Source: Myxococcota bacterium (GTDB taxonomy: Bacteria; Myxococcota_A; UBA9160; SZUA-336). From it: a stretch of DNA of 64,000 nt. Position numbers and translations under genes: made by a program. Below, piece after piece: positions 1-8,741 of the stretch (positions within the stretch are counted from its first letter, which is position 1; every line of letters begins with the position of its first letter). The DNA lies in NCBI GenBank assembly GCA_965247115.1, contig CBDFGR010000003.1, positions 352,001 through 416,000 on the forward strand, read 5' to 3'. Below the pieces are notes generated by a model. The model saw only the letters and a program-made list of their open reading frames with translations, did no database searches and was not told where the DNA came from.

Positions 1-1242
1 GGCCAGGGTCGTGGATGGGGTGTACAGCATCCAGAGTCCCGCTGGGATCGGGATGAGTGCTGCGCCGATCGCAACGTAGAGGCGGCCGCGCGGGTTGCGG
101 GTGCGCCAAGAATCCCCGAGCAACCCACCCAGGGTGACTCCCAGAAAACCGAACGCTGCGGTGATGCCCCCCAGTGTCACGCCGAGCTGACCGATGGGGA
201 CTTCGTGGTAGCGAATGAAAAACGGCGCGCTGAAGTAGGCCAGCCCGTAGGTGGAAAAGCTGATCAGGGAGAGGCCCAGCACGGTGAGAACCCACGAGCG
301 GGTTTTCAGGATGAGTGTCGCGGTAGGGGGATCGCGCAACGCCAACCCTTGCGCCCAGGAGAAGGTCGCGTAGAAGCCAAGCGCCAGCGCGATCCACTGA
401 GCGAGGTTGCCGAGGGCCACCGCAAGCGCTGCGGTGGCAACCGCGAACCCCGCAACCGCAAGTAGGTTGATCGCGATCTGTCGGCGACCGGCACCGCGCC
501 GGTAGAGGCTGACGATCGTGAGACCGGGTAGAACTGCGCAAAGCTCGTTTGCGAACTCCCGGAAGGGGTGTGGCTCGGGCACGGATGTGATGCCGTCCAT
601 CGCGCCGCGCTCCGGTTCACGCAAGGTCCGTACCCAGATTGCAATGAGAAGACCCGGAAGCCCGACGACAAAAAAGGCGACTTGCCAGCCGACCAGACCA
701 AAGGGCGCGCTGCCGTCGGCGAACGCATCGTTCCAGCGCTGCACCACCTGGCCGCCGATCAACATCCCGACTCCCGCGCCGACGTAGACTCCACTCGTGA
801 GGATTGCGACGACCGTCGCGCGGCGCGCCGGAGAGAAGGAATCCGAAAGCAGCGAGTACGCTGCGGGCCCCGTGCCCGCCTCCCCGACCCCAACGGCAAT
901 CCGCGCGGTCCCGAGCTCGAGGAAGTTGCGCGCAAAGCCGGAGAGCGCGGTGGCCGTGCTCCAGAACGCCACCGCGAACGAGATCAGTGTGCGACGCATC
1001 CAGACGTCGGCGAGCCGACCCAGCGGAAGGCCAAAGAGCGCGTAGAACACCGCGAAGGCGGTTCCGTAGAGAAAGCCCATCTGAGCGTCGCTCAGGCCGA
1101 GGTCCCGTTTGATCTCTTCATTGAGGATCGAGAGGATCTGCCGGTCTACAAAATTCAAGACGTAGACCACCACGAGAAGGCTCAGCGTGTAGCACGAATA
1201 ACGAAACTCGGCGGGCGTCTGCGCAGTTTTCTCCGGCGGCAT
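1..1242 (-). CDS. MFS transporter, spinster-like (runs off the window edge)
   Basis: Not in the ORF track. My translation from ATG 1242 gives MPPEKTAQ...LLVVVYVLNFVDRQILSILNEEIKRDLGLSDAQMGFLYGTAFAVFYALFGLPLGRLAD, a typical spinster/MFS N-terminus. Confidence 0.9.
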   Translation of the reverse strand, partial: MPPEKTAQTPAEFRYSCYTLSLLVVVYVLNFVDRQILSILNEEIKRDLGLSDAQMGFLYGTAFAVFYALFGLPLGRLADVWMRRTLISFAVAFWSTATALSGFARNFLELGTARIAVGVGEAGTGPAAYSLLSDSFSPARRATVVAILTSGVYVGAGVGMLIGGQVVQRWNDAFADGSAPFGLVGWQVAFFVVGLPGLLIAIWVRTLREPERGAMDGITSVPEPHPFREFANELCAVLPGLTIVSLYRRGAGRRQIAINLLAVAGFAVATAALAVALGNLAQWIALALGFYATFSWAQGLALRDPPTATLILKTRSWVLTVLGLSLISFSTYGLAYFSAPFFIRYHEVPIGQLGVTLGGITAAFGFLGVTLGGLLGDSWRTRNPRGRLYVAIGAALIPIPAGLWMLYTPSTTLA

Positions 1243-1306
1243 GCCGGCGCAGTATACCGACAGGCCGCCAATCACCCTTCAGAGTTGCGTAACCTCCCGA
1301 ATTCCT

Positions 1307-1356
1307 TGGCCGGGGCGGCCGGACTTGAACCGGCGACCTCCTGCTCCCAAAGCAGG
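1307..1356 (-). pseudogene. 3' half of tRNA-Pro(TGG); att-like remnant
   Basis: Minus strand reads CCTGC-TTTGGGA-GCAGG AGGTC GCCGG-TTCAAGT-CCGGC CGCCCCGG CCA (anticodon arm, T arm, 3' acceptor strand, CCA). No D arm or 5' acceptor strand upstream. Confidence 0.85.
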
Positions 1357-1453
1357 CTGGGCGTCTTTTGGCACGTTTGGCTGCGTTGGCCCGCGTGCTG
1401 TAACGCACTGCTACGTTTGAGAATTCCGACGCTGCGAGGCTTGCTCCGTGCGA

Positions 1454-1501
1454 CTCCGATTGGCTCCGATTGGCCTGGTTCGCACCCAGATTCGCACCCA
1501 G
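1454..1501. repeat. Short tandem direct repeats, possible integrase arm-type sites
   Basis: CTCCGATTGG x2 (1454-1473) and TTCGCACCCAG x2 (1479-1489, 1491-1501), about 100-150 bp inside the tRNA fragment. Confidence 0.45.
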
Positions 1502-1631
1502 GATGCGCGCCTACTCCTCGAACCGAGTCGCTGCCGCTCGTCCAGCTGTCCACGGACCCCCCTACCTGCTCTTCGATTGAGCCTGCGGTTTGGATGCTGA
1601 TTCGCCCCGTCCACACGCGGACTTTCATCGA

Positions 1632-1655
1632 GGCGGCCGGACTCGAACCGGCGAC
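1632..1655 (-). repeat. Second degenerate copy of the tRNA T-arm/att core
   Basis: GGCGGCCGGACTCGAACCGGCGAC matches 1314-1337 at 23/24 positions. Confidence 0.75.
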
Positions 1656-1829
1656 AACCACGTTGGCAAGCCCTTCGAAGGAGACGGAGGAGCCGCAACC
1701 TATTGATCTAGCGTCGGCAGATTGCGGCAGCCAACGGCAAATCGCGGCACCTGGGGACGGCACCACGGTACCCAGACGGCACCGGTCCACCCAGGTGAAC
1801 TTCGTCTCGGATCATGGAATGATGAGACC

Positions 1830-2117
1830 GTGGGACCCCTCGATTTATTCACGTTCATCGTTCTCGCGGTGCTTCTCGGGGTCGGGCTCTTCGCGGCCTT
1901 TCGACTGGGTGCGCTTCCCGGGCAGATCGCCACCTCGCGCGGCCATCCTCAGGCGGACGCGATCCGCGTGGCGGGCTGGGTCGGACTGGTCACGCTGGGT
2001 TTGCTCTGGCCTCTCGCTCTGATCTGGGCGTACACGAGCAGTGGTGGGGGGCGCGAACTCGATCGGCTCCGAGAGCGCGTGGAGGCGTTGGAAGAGCGCG
2101 AGCAGGCAGAGCAATGA
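1830..2117 (+). CDS. DUF3302-like small membrane protein
   Basis: LGALPGQIATSRGHPQADAIRVAGWVGLVTLGLLWPLALIWAY motif; GTG start chosen; stop overlaps the next ATG. Confidence 0.8.
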   Translation: MGPLDLFTFIVLAVLLGVGLFAAFRLGALPGQIATSRGHPQADAIRVAGWVGLVTLGLLWPLALIWAYTSSGGGRELDRLRERVEALEEREQAEQ

Positions 2118-3052
2118 TCGCGTTCCTAACGCTGATCTACTGCGGTCTGCTCTGGCTGATCTTCTTCAAGCTGAAGCTCCTGCCCTGGAACCGGACCTCG
2201 CAGGGAACTGCCGTCGGAGTCGGGCTCGGAGGGATCCTCGCCTTACTGATCGCTCTCAGTCTCTACCAGCCCTACTCGACGGAGGTCACTGTCTATCACC
2301 GCATAGTGCAAATCGTGCCTCGCGTGACGGGCCGAGTTCTCGACGTGCCAATCAGGCCGAACGTCTCGATCGAGCAGGGCGAGGTCCTGTTTCGGGTCGA
2401 TCCGCGCCCCTATGAGTACAACGTCCGCGATTTCGAGGCTCAGCTCGAGGTCGCGGAGCGGCGGCTCCATGACATTCGGATCCTGGTGGAGAAAGAGGTC
2501 GAGCCGGAGATTGCGCTTGTGCGTGCAGAATCGGAGAGAGATGCACTGGGTGCGCGCCTCGATTCGGCTCGACTCGACCTGGCCGAGGCAACCGTCTTTG
2601 CGCCCTCGGACGGGGTCGTAACGAACCTCGCGCTCGCTCCCGGAGACGTGGCCGGGGCAATGACAACGAACCCGGTCATGACCTTCATCTACGACGACCC
2701 GGTAATCCTCGCAAGCTTCCCCCAGCAGGTCATGCGCCACATCCAGCCGGGTGACGCGGCGGAGATCGCGATCGACCGTCACCCCGGAGCCATTCTCCAG
2801 GCTCACGTTCACAGCATCATCCCAGCCACAGGGGAGGGACAACTCCAGCCGAGTGGCACGCTGCTCACTTTCGACGCCGAACCGCGCGCCCGGTTCGGCG
2901 TGAGGCTGGAACTCGACAAGGAGTCGGAAGACGTCCCGCTCCCAGCGGGCGCGGGCGGGAACGCTGCGATCTACACGGACAAGGGCAAGGCGATCCGGAT
3001 CGTCCGGAAGGTGATCATCCGGGTCTACACCTGGCTCAACTACCTGGGCTGA
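2114..3052 (+). CDS. HlyD/EmrA-family periplasmic adaptor (membrane fusion protein)
   Basis: N-terminal TM segments, lipoyl half-motifs IVPRVTGRV...GEVLFRVDP and TVFAPSDGVVTNL, coiled coil. Confidence 0.9.
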   Translation: MIAFLTLIYCGLLWLIFFKLKLLPWNRTSQGTAVGVGLGGILALLIALSLYQPYSTEVTVYHRIVQIVPRVTGRVLDVPIRPNVSIEQGEVLFRVDPRPYEYNVRDFEAQLEVAERRLHDIRILVEKEVEPEIALVRAESERDALGARLDSARLDLAEATVFAPSDGVVTNLALAPGDVAGAMTTNPVMTFIYDDPVILASFPQQVMRHIQPGDAAEIAIDRHPGAILQAHVHSIIPATGEGQLQPSGTLLTFDAEPRARFGVRLELDKESEDVPLPAGAGGNAAIYTDKGKAIRIVRKVIIRVYTWLNYLG

Positions 3053-3056
3053 ACGC

Positions 3057-3380
3057 CTATCTCAGCGCGCAGCTCAGAAAGTACTTGTCGAAGACTTCGT
3101 TGAGCGCTCCCATTCCTTTGCTGATGCCCTCGGCACAGGTCCCGTCGAACTCCGCGACGATCCGAGAGACATAGGGCAGTACACAGAGCCTGATTGTCGT
3201 CAGGTTCGCGTGGGGGTACTTCTTGGCCTCGTTGCTCGCGAGCCGTTCGTCGATCAGGTTCTCGACGACGATGGGCTTCTCCTCCGTCGTGAATCGGAGC
3301 CACTCCTGGCACTCGATCGCCGCAGCCGGCCACGCCAAGAGAAGGAGCAAACTGGTCGCCAGAACTGTCCTGCGCATCAC
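3057..3380 (-). CDS. Hypothetical secreted protein with four Cys
   Basis: Signal peptide ending PAAA; small mature domain. Confidence 0.65.
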   Translation of the reverse strand: MMRRTVLATSLLLLLAWPAAAIECQEWLRFTTEEKPIVVENLIDERLASNEAKKYPHANLTTIRLCVLPYVSRIVAEFDGTCAEGISKGMGALNEVFDKYFLSCALR

Positions 3381-3569
3381 CCACGGATGATACCCAACCG
3401 CGAGTCAAATCCGGCTAGGCCTTCCCTACATCTCCCATTTTCTGCTCATGCACCGCGCGATCAATGGCCACTCTCACGCTATCGACGTACTGCGTTCCCA
3501 CAGGAAATTTCGTTCACAATTGTGCACCAGAGGGTGGTATTCTTGTCACCCGAGAATCTGGAGGTTTCA

Positions 3570-4844
3570 TTGATCGCACGTCGAAGACTGAGGGCCGTTC
3601 TCGCAGTGACCTTTGTAGCGGGGCTCACCGTTGGCGTGTACGTCTCGACGGTTGACGTGTCATTCCTGATCCCTCGGGCGCACGCCGCCGAATCTGGGCA
3701 AGGTGAGCCGATGATCTCTCCGGTCAAAATGCGAGATAGGGACTTCTACGCGCCCAACAGCGAGGACCTCGCTCCCGATGAGATACGGGTCATCGCTTGT
3801 GGCACGGGAATGCCCACACCACGCCCTGCACAGGCGGCTGCATGCTTTCTCATGGAGCTTGGTAACGGCGAGAAGTTCATCTTCGATATTGGAGACGGGG
3901 CCGCGGAGCGGCTGATGGCCCTCCAGATTCCAACCGCCTTTCTGGATAAGGTCTTCATCGGGCATCTGCATGCAGACCATTTTGGAGACATCGGGTCCAT
4001 GTTCGTATCAATGGGGCTCGCCGGACGATTCAGTCCGCTGAGAATCTGGGGACCCAGCGGTGCGAAGCCGGAACTCGGCACGAAGGCGGCGATCGAGGCG
4101 ATGGAGAAGATGTATGCGTGGGACCTCGCTGGCCGTTTGGGCCAGACGGACGTTCGAGGATTCACGACGGAGGTCCATGAGTTCGACTACCGCAAGGAGC
4201 AGGTTGTCTATCAAGAAAACGGCGTGACGATTCGCTCGTGGCCTGCCATTCACGCGGTTGATGGAGCGGTCAGCTTTTCACTTGAGTGGAACGGCTTGAA
4301 GATCGTCTTCGGGAGCGACACGTTTCCCAACAGATGGTTCGTGAAGAACGCGAAGGGCGCGGATCTCGTGATTCACGAGTGCTTCATCACAGTTCCCGAT
4401 CTGGTAGCCAAGTATCGGCTCACCCCTGAGGCTGCTCTACAGGTCGGAACGCAGATCCATACCGCACCGGAGGCTTTCGGGAAGGTCATGAGCATGGTCG
4501 AGCCGCGTCATGCTGTTGCTTACCACTTCTTCAAGGACACGGATACGACCGGCCCTGTGCTGGAGAGAATACGGACAACGTATGACGGGCCGCTCAGCCT
4601 TGCGGAGGACTTCATGGTCTGGAATGTGACCAAGGAGGGAGTCCGCGAGCGCATGGCGGTGGTCGATGAGCATACGTGGAATCCTCCCCTCGCCTGCCCG
4701 GCCAAGGCGGTCTCTGCGGCCGACCGAGTTGGCTACTCACCGGAGATCGAAGCGGGTCGTCTCGATATGAGCGCTGTGCTCAAGCCCATCTATCAAGAGG
4801 CGAGCGACGCAGTCGGTAGGAAGTTCGAGTATCCGGCTAAGTAG
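3570..4844 (+). CDS. Exported MBL-fold metallohydrolase (RNase Z/AtsA-like)
   Basis: GTGMP, HLHADH metal motif, GSDT, HEC, HT; TTG start after GGAGG; signal-like N-terminus ending AHA. Confidence 0.85.
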   Translation: MIARRRLRAVLAVTFVAGLTVGVYVSTVDVSFLIPRAHAAESGQGEPMISPVKMRDRDFYAPNSEDLAPDEIRVIACGTGMPTPRPAQAAACFLMELGNGEKFIFDIGDGAAERLMALQIPTAFLDKVFIGHLHADHFGDIGSMFVSMGLAGRFSPLRIWGPSGAKPELGTKAAIEAMEKMYAWDLAGRLGQTDVRGFTTEVHEFDYRKEQVVYQENGVTIRSWPAIHAVDGAVSFSLEWNGLKIVFGSDTFPNRWFVKNAKGADLVIHECFITVPDLVAKYRLTPEAALQVGTQIHTAPEAFGKVMSMVEPRHAVAYHFFKDTDTTGPVLERIRTTYDGPLSLAEDFMVWNVTKEGVRERMAVVDEHTWNPPLACPAKAVSAADRVGYSPEIEAGRLDMSAVLKPIYQEASDAVGRKFEYPAK

Positions 4845-5240
4845 ATCCCTAAGGAGCGCTTCTTCTACGCTGCCGTTCCCGCTGAGGACAGCACCACTCA
4901 CCAGGAGAGCCGCCCGGCACTCCCCCATCCCGTGTGTTGTCGCCGCTCAAGGGAGTCGCGCACCGACCATGCGAGAGCTGAGCGCCTTCACCGACCGCTG
5001 GTCCGCTTGGGTCAGGGCCGCTCGATCTGGTTCGGAGCCGACGCGATGACCTTCCTCCGAGGCGTCGCGGTCGGCCTCGACTCCGCAGGCAAGCGCGACT
5101 AGCGCGCCGATGATCGAGGGCTCCCGTCACGCCCTCGCTGCACTAAGCGGAAACCACGCCAAGGAGATACACCATGAAGACTCTTTCACTCATCGCTCTC
5201 GCGGCGTTGCTCCTAGCCCCAGATGCAGAGGCTCCAAACA

Positions 5241-5844
5241 GATCATGGAGAAGAACAGCATCGCGACCGAGCTGCTGCGGCCCGTGGACTACGAGATCGC
5301 GTACGGAGTCCAGCCCGACATGAAAGAGCACGGATGGAAGGAGGACGCCTGGCCCGAAATCCTCGAGAATGTGATGGCGGCCGATATCCTCGTGATCGGC
5401 ACATCGATCTGGCTCGGCGAGAAGACCTCCGTTTGCACCAAGGTGATCGAGAGACTGTACGCGGCCTCGCATCTGCTGAACGAGCAAGGTCAATACGCCT
5501 ACTACGGCGGGGTCGGGGGTGCGCTCATCACGGGCAACGAGGATGACGCCAAGCACTGCGCCATGAACATCCTCTACTCGCTCCAGCACCTGGGCTACAC
5601 GATCCCACCCCAGGCGGACGCTGACTGGCTCGGCGAGGCCGGTCCCGGCCCCTCCTATCTCGACACAGGCTCGGGCGGCCCTGAGAACGACTTCACGAAT
5701 CGCAACACTACGTTCATGACCTGGAACCTGATTCATATGGCGCGGATGTTGAAGGACGCCGGCGGAATCCCCGCGCACGGCAACCAACGCTCCGAGTGGG
5801 ACGCGGGCTGCCGCTTCGATTTCGATAACCCCGCATACCGCTAG
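5241..5844 (+). pseudogene. 5'-truncated flavodoxin family (NADPH-dependent FMN reductase-like) gene
   Basis: ADILVIGTSIWLGEKTSVC...GPGPSYLD...NDFTNRNTTFMTWN are present. The N-terminal strand and FMN phosphate loop are missing and replaced by an out-of-frame signal-peptide start (ATG 5174). Confidence 0.7.
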
Positions 5845-6172
5845 GCCGACGCGAGAGGAATCTGTCATGCACCCCATGAAGACGACGCATCAGTCCATCC
5901 CGACCTAAACTGAGGCCACCGTGGAGCCCTCCTCGATCGCCGTAATCGCCCTGGCGGTCTGTCTCTTCGCCGCGTTCTCCAAGAAAGCCGAGCGCAATCC
6001 CCCCCCAGACGATCTTCGGGTGGTCTACCCCCATTAGCGGCGATTCGGGAAGCACTCCCCGTAGGTCAGCTTCCTGTCGGTGGGTCGAGGGTCGTGCTGC
6101 GCTACGCGACCAAGGATCCCCGGCCGCGTGTGCACGTGTGCATGTGCGCCTTGGGGGATACACGCCCCCCGC

Positions 6173-6274
6173 TCAGAGCGGGCAACTCGCGCAGCGGATC
6201 GGGAAGGCACTCGCGCCCTCTAGGCAGAACTTGGCGTGGTCGGGGTTCTCGTGGCCGCAGCTCGGGCAGTTCAC
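6173..6274 (-). pseudogene. Double zinc-ribbon N-terminal fragment (adenylate/guanylate cyclase type)
   Basis: GTG 6274 gives MNCPSCGHENPDHAKFCLEGASAFPIRCASCPL*, which stops after 33 aa. Confidence 0.7.
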
Positions 6275-6313
6275 ACGCTCATTCTACCGCTGACACAGTC
6301 AAGGTACTGGCGT

Positions 6314-7062
6314 AGCTCCAACGCTGAGTTAGACGGCCTGTTGTCTATCTGCGTCAGCACTGCGTCGCCACAGCAGAACCCCGACAGCGAACATCCAGAC
6401 AAGAAGCACGCTGCTGGAGGGCATACTCACCAGCATTGCCAGACTGGAGAAACCGCTGTGCGCCATGATGACTCCGGCCAGAACCGTCGGAGCACCCCCC
6501 AGCACAGCGAGTCCCGCTACCCACTTTGGGTATAGGTTTCGACTCCACATTGCCGTTCCGTACAGAGTAGCCGTGGACCCGAACAGCAGACTCATGACAC
6601 TGGCGAGCCCTATTTCGACCTGTCGGACGCCAAACGTGGCCTGAAACAGAGCACTCTTCTTCGAAGCTTCCGCTGCCCAAGCGTCAACCATCAATTTGAG
6701 GGCGATGCCGTCTACAGACTGCAGAGCAGCGGCCACCGCCAGGCTCGCTATCGCACCGCCCGATGCAATTCGTGCCACCGCGGCACCGCCTGTCGACTCT
6801 AGCTGCGCCGAGACGACGATTAGTGCGGCAACTATGAGGGCCACGCCCGCCAGTTGAGTGAGATGGCTGGCGACCCAGTTCTGGTCTGCAGCGTACTCTA
6901 CGAACGCAGCGAGGGGATCGTTCGGGTCTGCCTGCATTGGATGCAAGTACGTCCCAACGAAGAGGAGCACAGCACCGAGCACTGCGCACACGGCGCCAAT
7001 CCTCAGATCGCTGCGCTTCACGCCGACGTTCCAGTACCGTGCTTCGTAAGTGGCGGTCTAAC
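6314..7062 (-). mobile_element. Orphan integron-type gene cassette with truncated attC
   Basis: Minus strand: core GTTAGAC (7062-7056), short leader, ORF, then stop TAA inside the complementary GTCTAAC (6334-6328), followed by TCAGCGTTGGAGC. Confidence 0.65.
6329..7021 (-). CDS. Multi-pass membrane protein (DUF4386-like)
   Basis: About 6 hydrophobic segments; LHP...WVASHLTQL motif. Confidence 0.8.
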   Translation of the reverse strand: MKRSDLRIGAVCAVLGAVLLFVGTYLHPMQADPNDPLAAFVEYAADQNWVASHLTQLAGVALIVAALIVVSAQLESTGGAAVARIASGGAIASLAVAAALQSVDGIALKLMVDAWAAEASKKSALFQATFGVRQVEIGLASVMSLLFGSTATLYGTAMWSRNLYPKWVAGLAVLGGAPTVLAGVIMAHSGFSSLAMLVSMPSSSVLLVWMFAVGVLLWRRSADADRQQAV

Positions 7063-7123
7063 TCGCACTAGACAATTTGTTGTGTCCACATATCAGCCGG
7101 TGGTGGCGAGGGTCGGTCACCGA

Positions 7124-7825
7124 CTAGCCTTCCGGGAACCCGATGCGGCGCAGCAGGTCCTGGAAGCGGGGGTCGGGGCGCATAGGGTGGAAGGCGGGAT
7201 TCCACAGAATTGAGGGTATCGGGGAGCGCTCCTCGTAGGCTCGTTCGAGCCACTCGAAGGCGTGCTCCGTCTCTCCGAGGGCTGCCCACGCCTCCGCAAC
7301 GCGGAACGGGCTGACGTAGCGCTCATCCGAGAGTTCGATCGCCTCGCGCAGCTCCACCTCTGCCTCCGCGGTCTCGCCGACCAGGGCGCGACGGGCGGCC
7401 ACGGACGGCGATGGGCGTGGGTAGATCGTTTCCATCTCTCGCACCTGGGCGACAGCCTCGGCCTCTCGCTCGAGGTCCAGATAGATCCGAAACAGAAAGA
7501 TGTGGGGCAGTAGCGTATCGGGGTAGAGCCCCACAGTCTGGGAAAGCTGCTCGAGCGCGTCGAGCACGGCGATCGCGTCTCCGGCCATGTCCGGGATCGT
7601 GTACGGGTCCTTCTCGTAGTCGATCCAGGTCGAGAGCCCGATGTCGCGATTGTCGTATCGCACCACGCGGTAGCCGGCTTTGAGTAGCGGCTCGTAGAAG
7701 TAGGGCTCCCAGAACACGGCCTGATCCGTTGCGCCCGCCACCAGCAGCACCGTCGAATGGGCCGGATCCCCGAAATCCTCGAACCAGAGCTCAACGTCGC
7801 CGTTGCGGACTCTTCCTTCGCTCAT
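7124..7825 (-). CDS. Chimera: alpha/beta-hydrolase N-half fused to a TPR-type C-terminus
   Basis: VELWFEDFGDP...VVRYDNRDIGLS...YTIPDMAGDAIAVLDALE, then AFEWLERAYEER...DPRFQDLLRRIG; no GxSxG elbow. Confidence 0.7.
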   Translation of the reverse strand: MSEGRVRNGDVELWFEDFGDPAHSTVLLVAGATDQAVFWEPYFYEPLLKAGYRVVRYDNRDIGLSTWIDYEKDPYTIPDMAGDAIAVLDALEQLSQTVGLYPDTLLPHIFLFRIYLDLEREAEAVAQVREMETIYPRPSPSVAARRALVGETAEAEVELREAIELSDERYVSPFRVAEAWAALGETEHAFEWLERAYEERSPIPSILWNPAFHPMRPDPRFQDLLRRIGFPEG

Positions 7826-8006
7826 GCTCGCCTCCCTGGCTTCCGCGCCTCCTGAGGGCCTCGAGACCCCCATTTTACCCACTCGTCGCGCGGCATCGCC
7901 GGAGCCCAATCCGCAATTTTCTCGCCTCTCGCTCGTATAGGAGAGTAAGGAGCCGGCGGGGCAGTGAGACCGCTCCAATCGTCGCGCGAGGAGGTACGTC
8001 ATCCGA

Positions 8007-8741
8007 ATGCTCTCGTCGGTTGTCATGAGCGAGCTGGCCGGGGACGCGGTCTCCTGCTCGCCCTGCGGATCGACGCGCCTGCAGGGCGGACTAGCTACGC
8101 TCTCGGGGAGGCTGCATGGGAGGACCGGCTTCGAGGCGGATGACCAGGCAACCAGGGCAATCGTCGAACGTGCGCTTGCCGGCGATGGCGAGGCGTTCGC
8201 CACGCTGTTTCGCGAGTACGACCGGGACGTACGCCGCGTCTGTCGGCGAATGCTCGGCGATTCGCAATCGGCCGAGGATGCCGTGAGTGAGGTGTTCCTT
8301 CGCGCCCGTCGTGCCCTTGGAGGGTTCGAAGCGGATCGGCCTTTTCGGCCGTGGCTGATCGCGATTGCCGGGCACTACTGCATTGACCTGCTCCGGCGGC
8401 GCACTTCCGAGGCGCGCGTCTTCTCGGAGAACGAACCTCAGGAGTCGGATCTGGAATCACCAGGGCCGTCTCCTCTTGGCCGTTTGGTGGCGGCCGAGCA
8501 GCGGCAGGCGCTGGGACGGGCGATCGAATCGCTGCCACCTCGGTATCGGCTCCCGCTCCTGCTCCGCTACTTCGACGACATGGACTACGAGGCGATCGCG
8601 AAGTCCATCGGCGTGACACGGAACCAGGTCGGAACGCTGCTGTTTCGCGCGAAGCGCCTGCTTCGGGAGAAGATCGGGGCCGGGGCGAGTGAGCCGGCAG
8701 CGCGCCAGCGACGTCACTCACGGGCTGGGAGGAAGAAATGA
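8007..8741 (+). CDS. ECF RNA polymerase sigma factor
   Basis: GDGEAFATL, AEDAVSEVF, FRPWLIAIA (region 2) and region 4 HTH; start uncertain. Confidence 0.9.
   Translation: MLSSVVMSELAGDAVSCSPCGSTRLQGGLATLSGRLHGRTGFEADDQATRAIVERALAGDGEAFATLFREYDRDVRRVCRRMLGDSQSAEDAVSEVFLRARRALGGFEADRPFRPWLIAIAGHYCIDLLRRRTSEARVFSENEPQESDLESPGPSPLGRLVAAEQRQALGRAIESLPPRYRLPLLLRYFDDMDYEAIAKSIGVTRNQVGTLLFRAKRLLREKIGAGASEPAARQRRHSRAGRKK

Noticed and set aside
1307..1385. Intact tRNA-Pro gene
   Set aside because: No D arm or 5' acceptor strand; only the 3' 50 nt are tRNA-like.
568..2022. 484-aa plus-strand ORF
   Set aside because: Antisense shadow of the MFS gene running through the att region; no recognisable motifs.
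5845..6172. Possible integrase remnant
   Set aside because: No convincing R/HxxR/Y motifs in the frames I translated; left unannotated.
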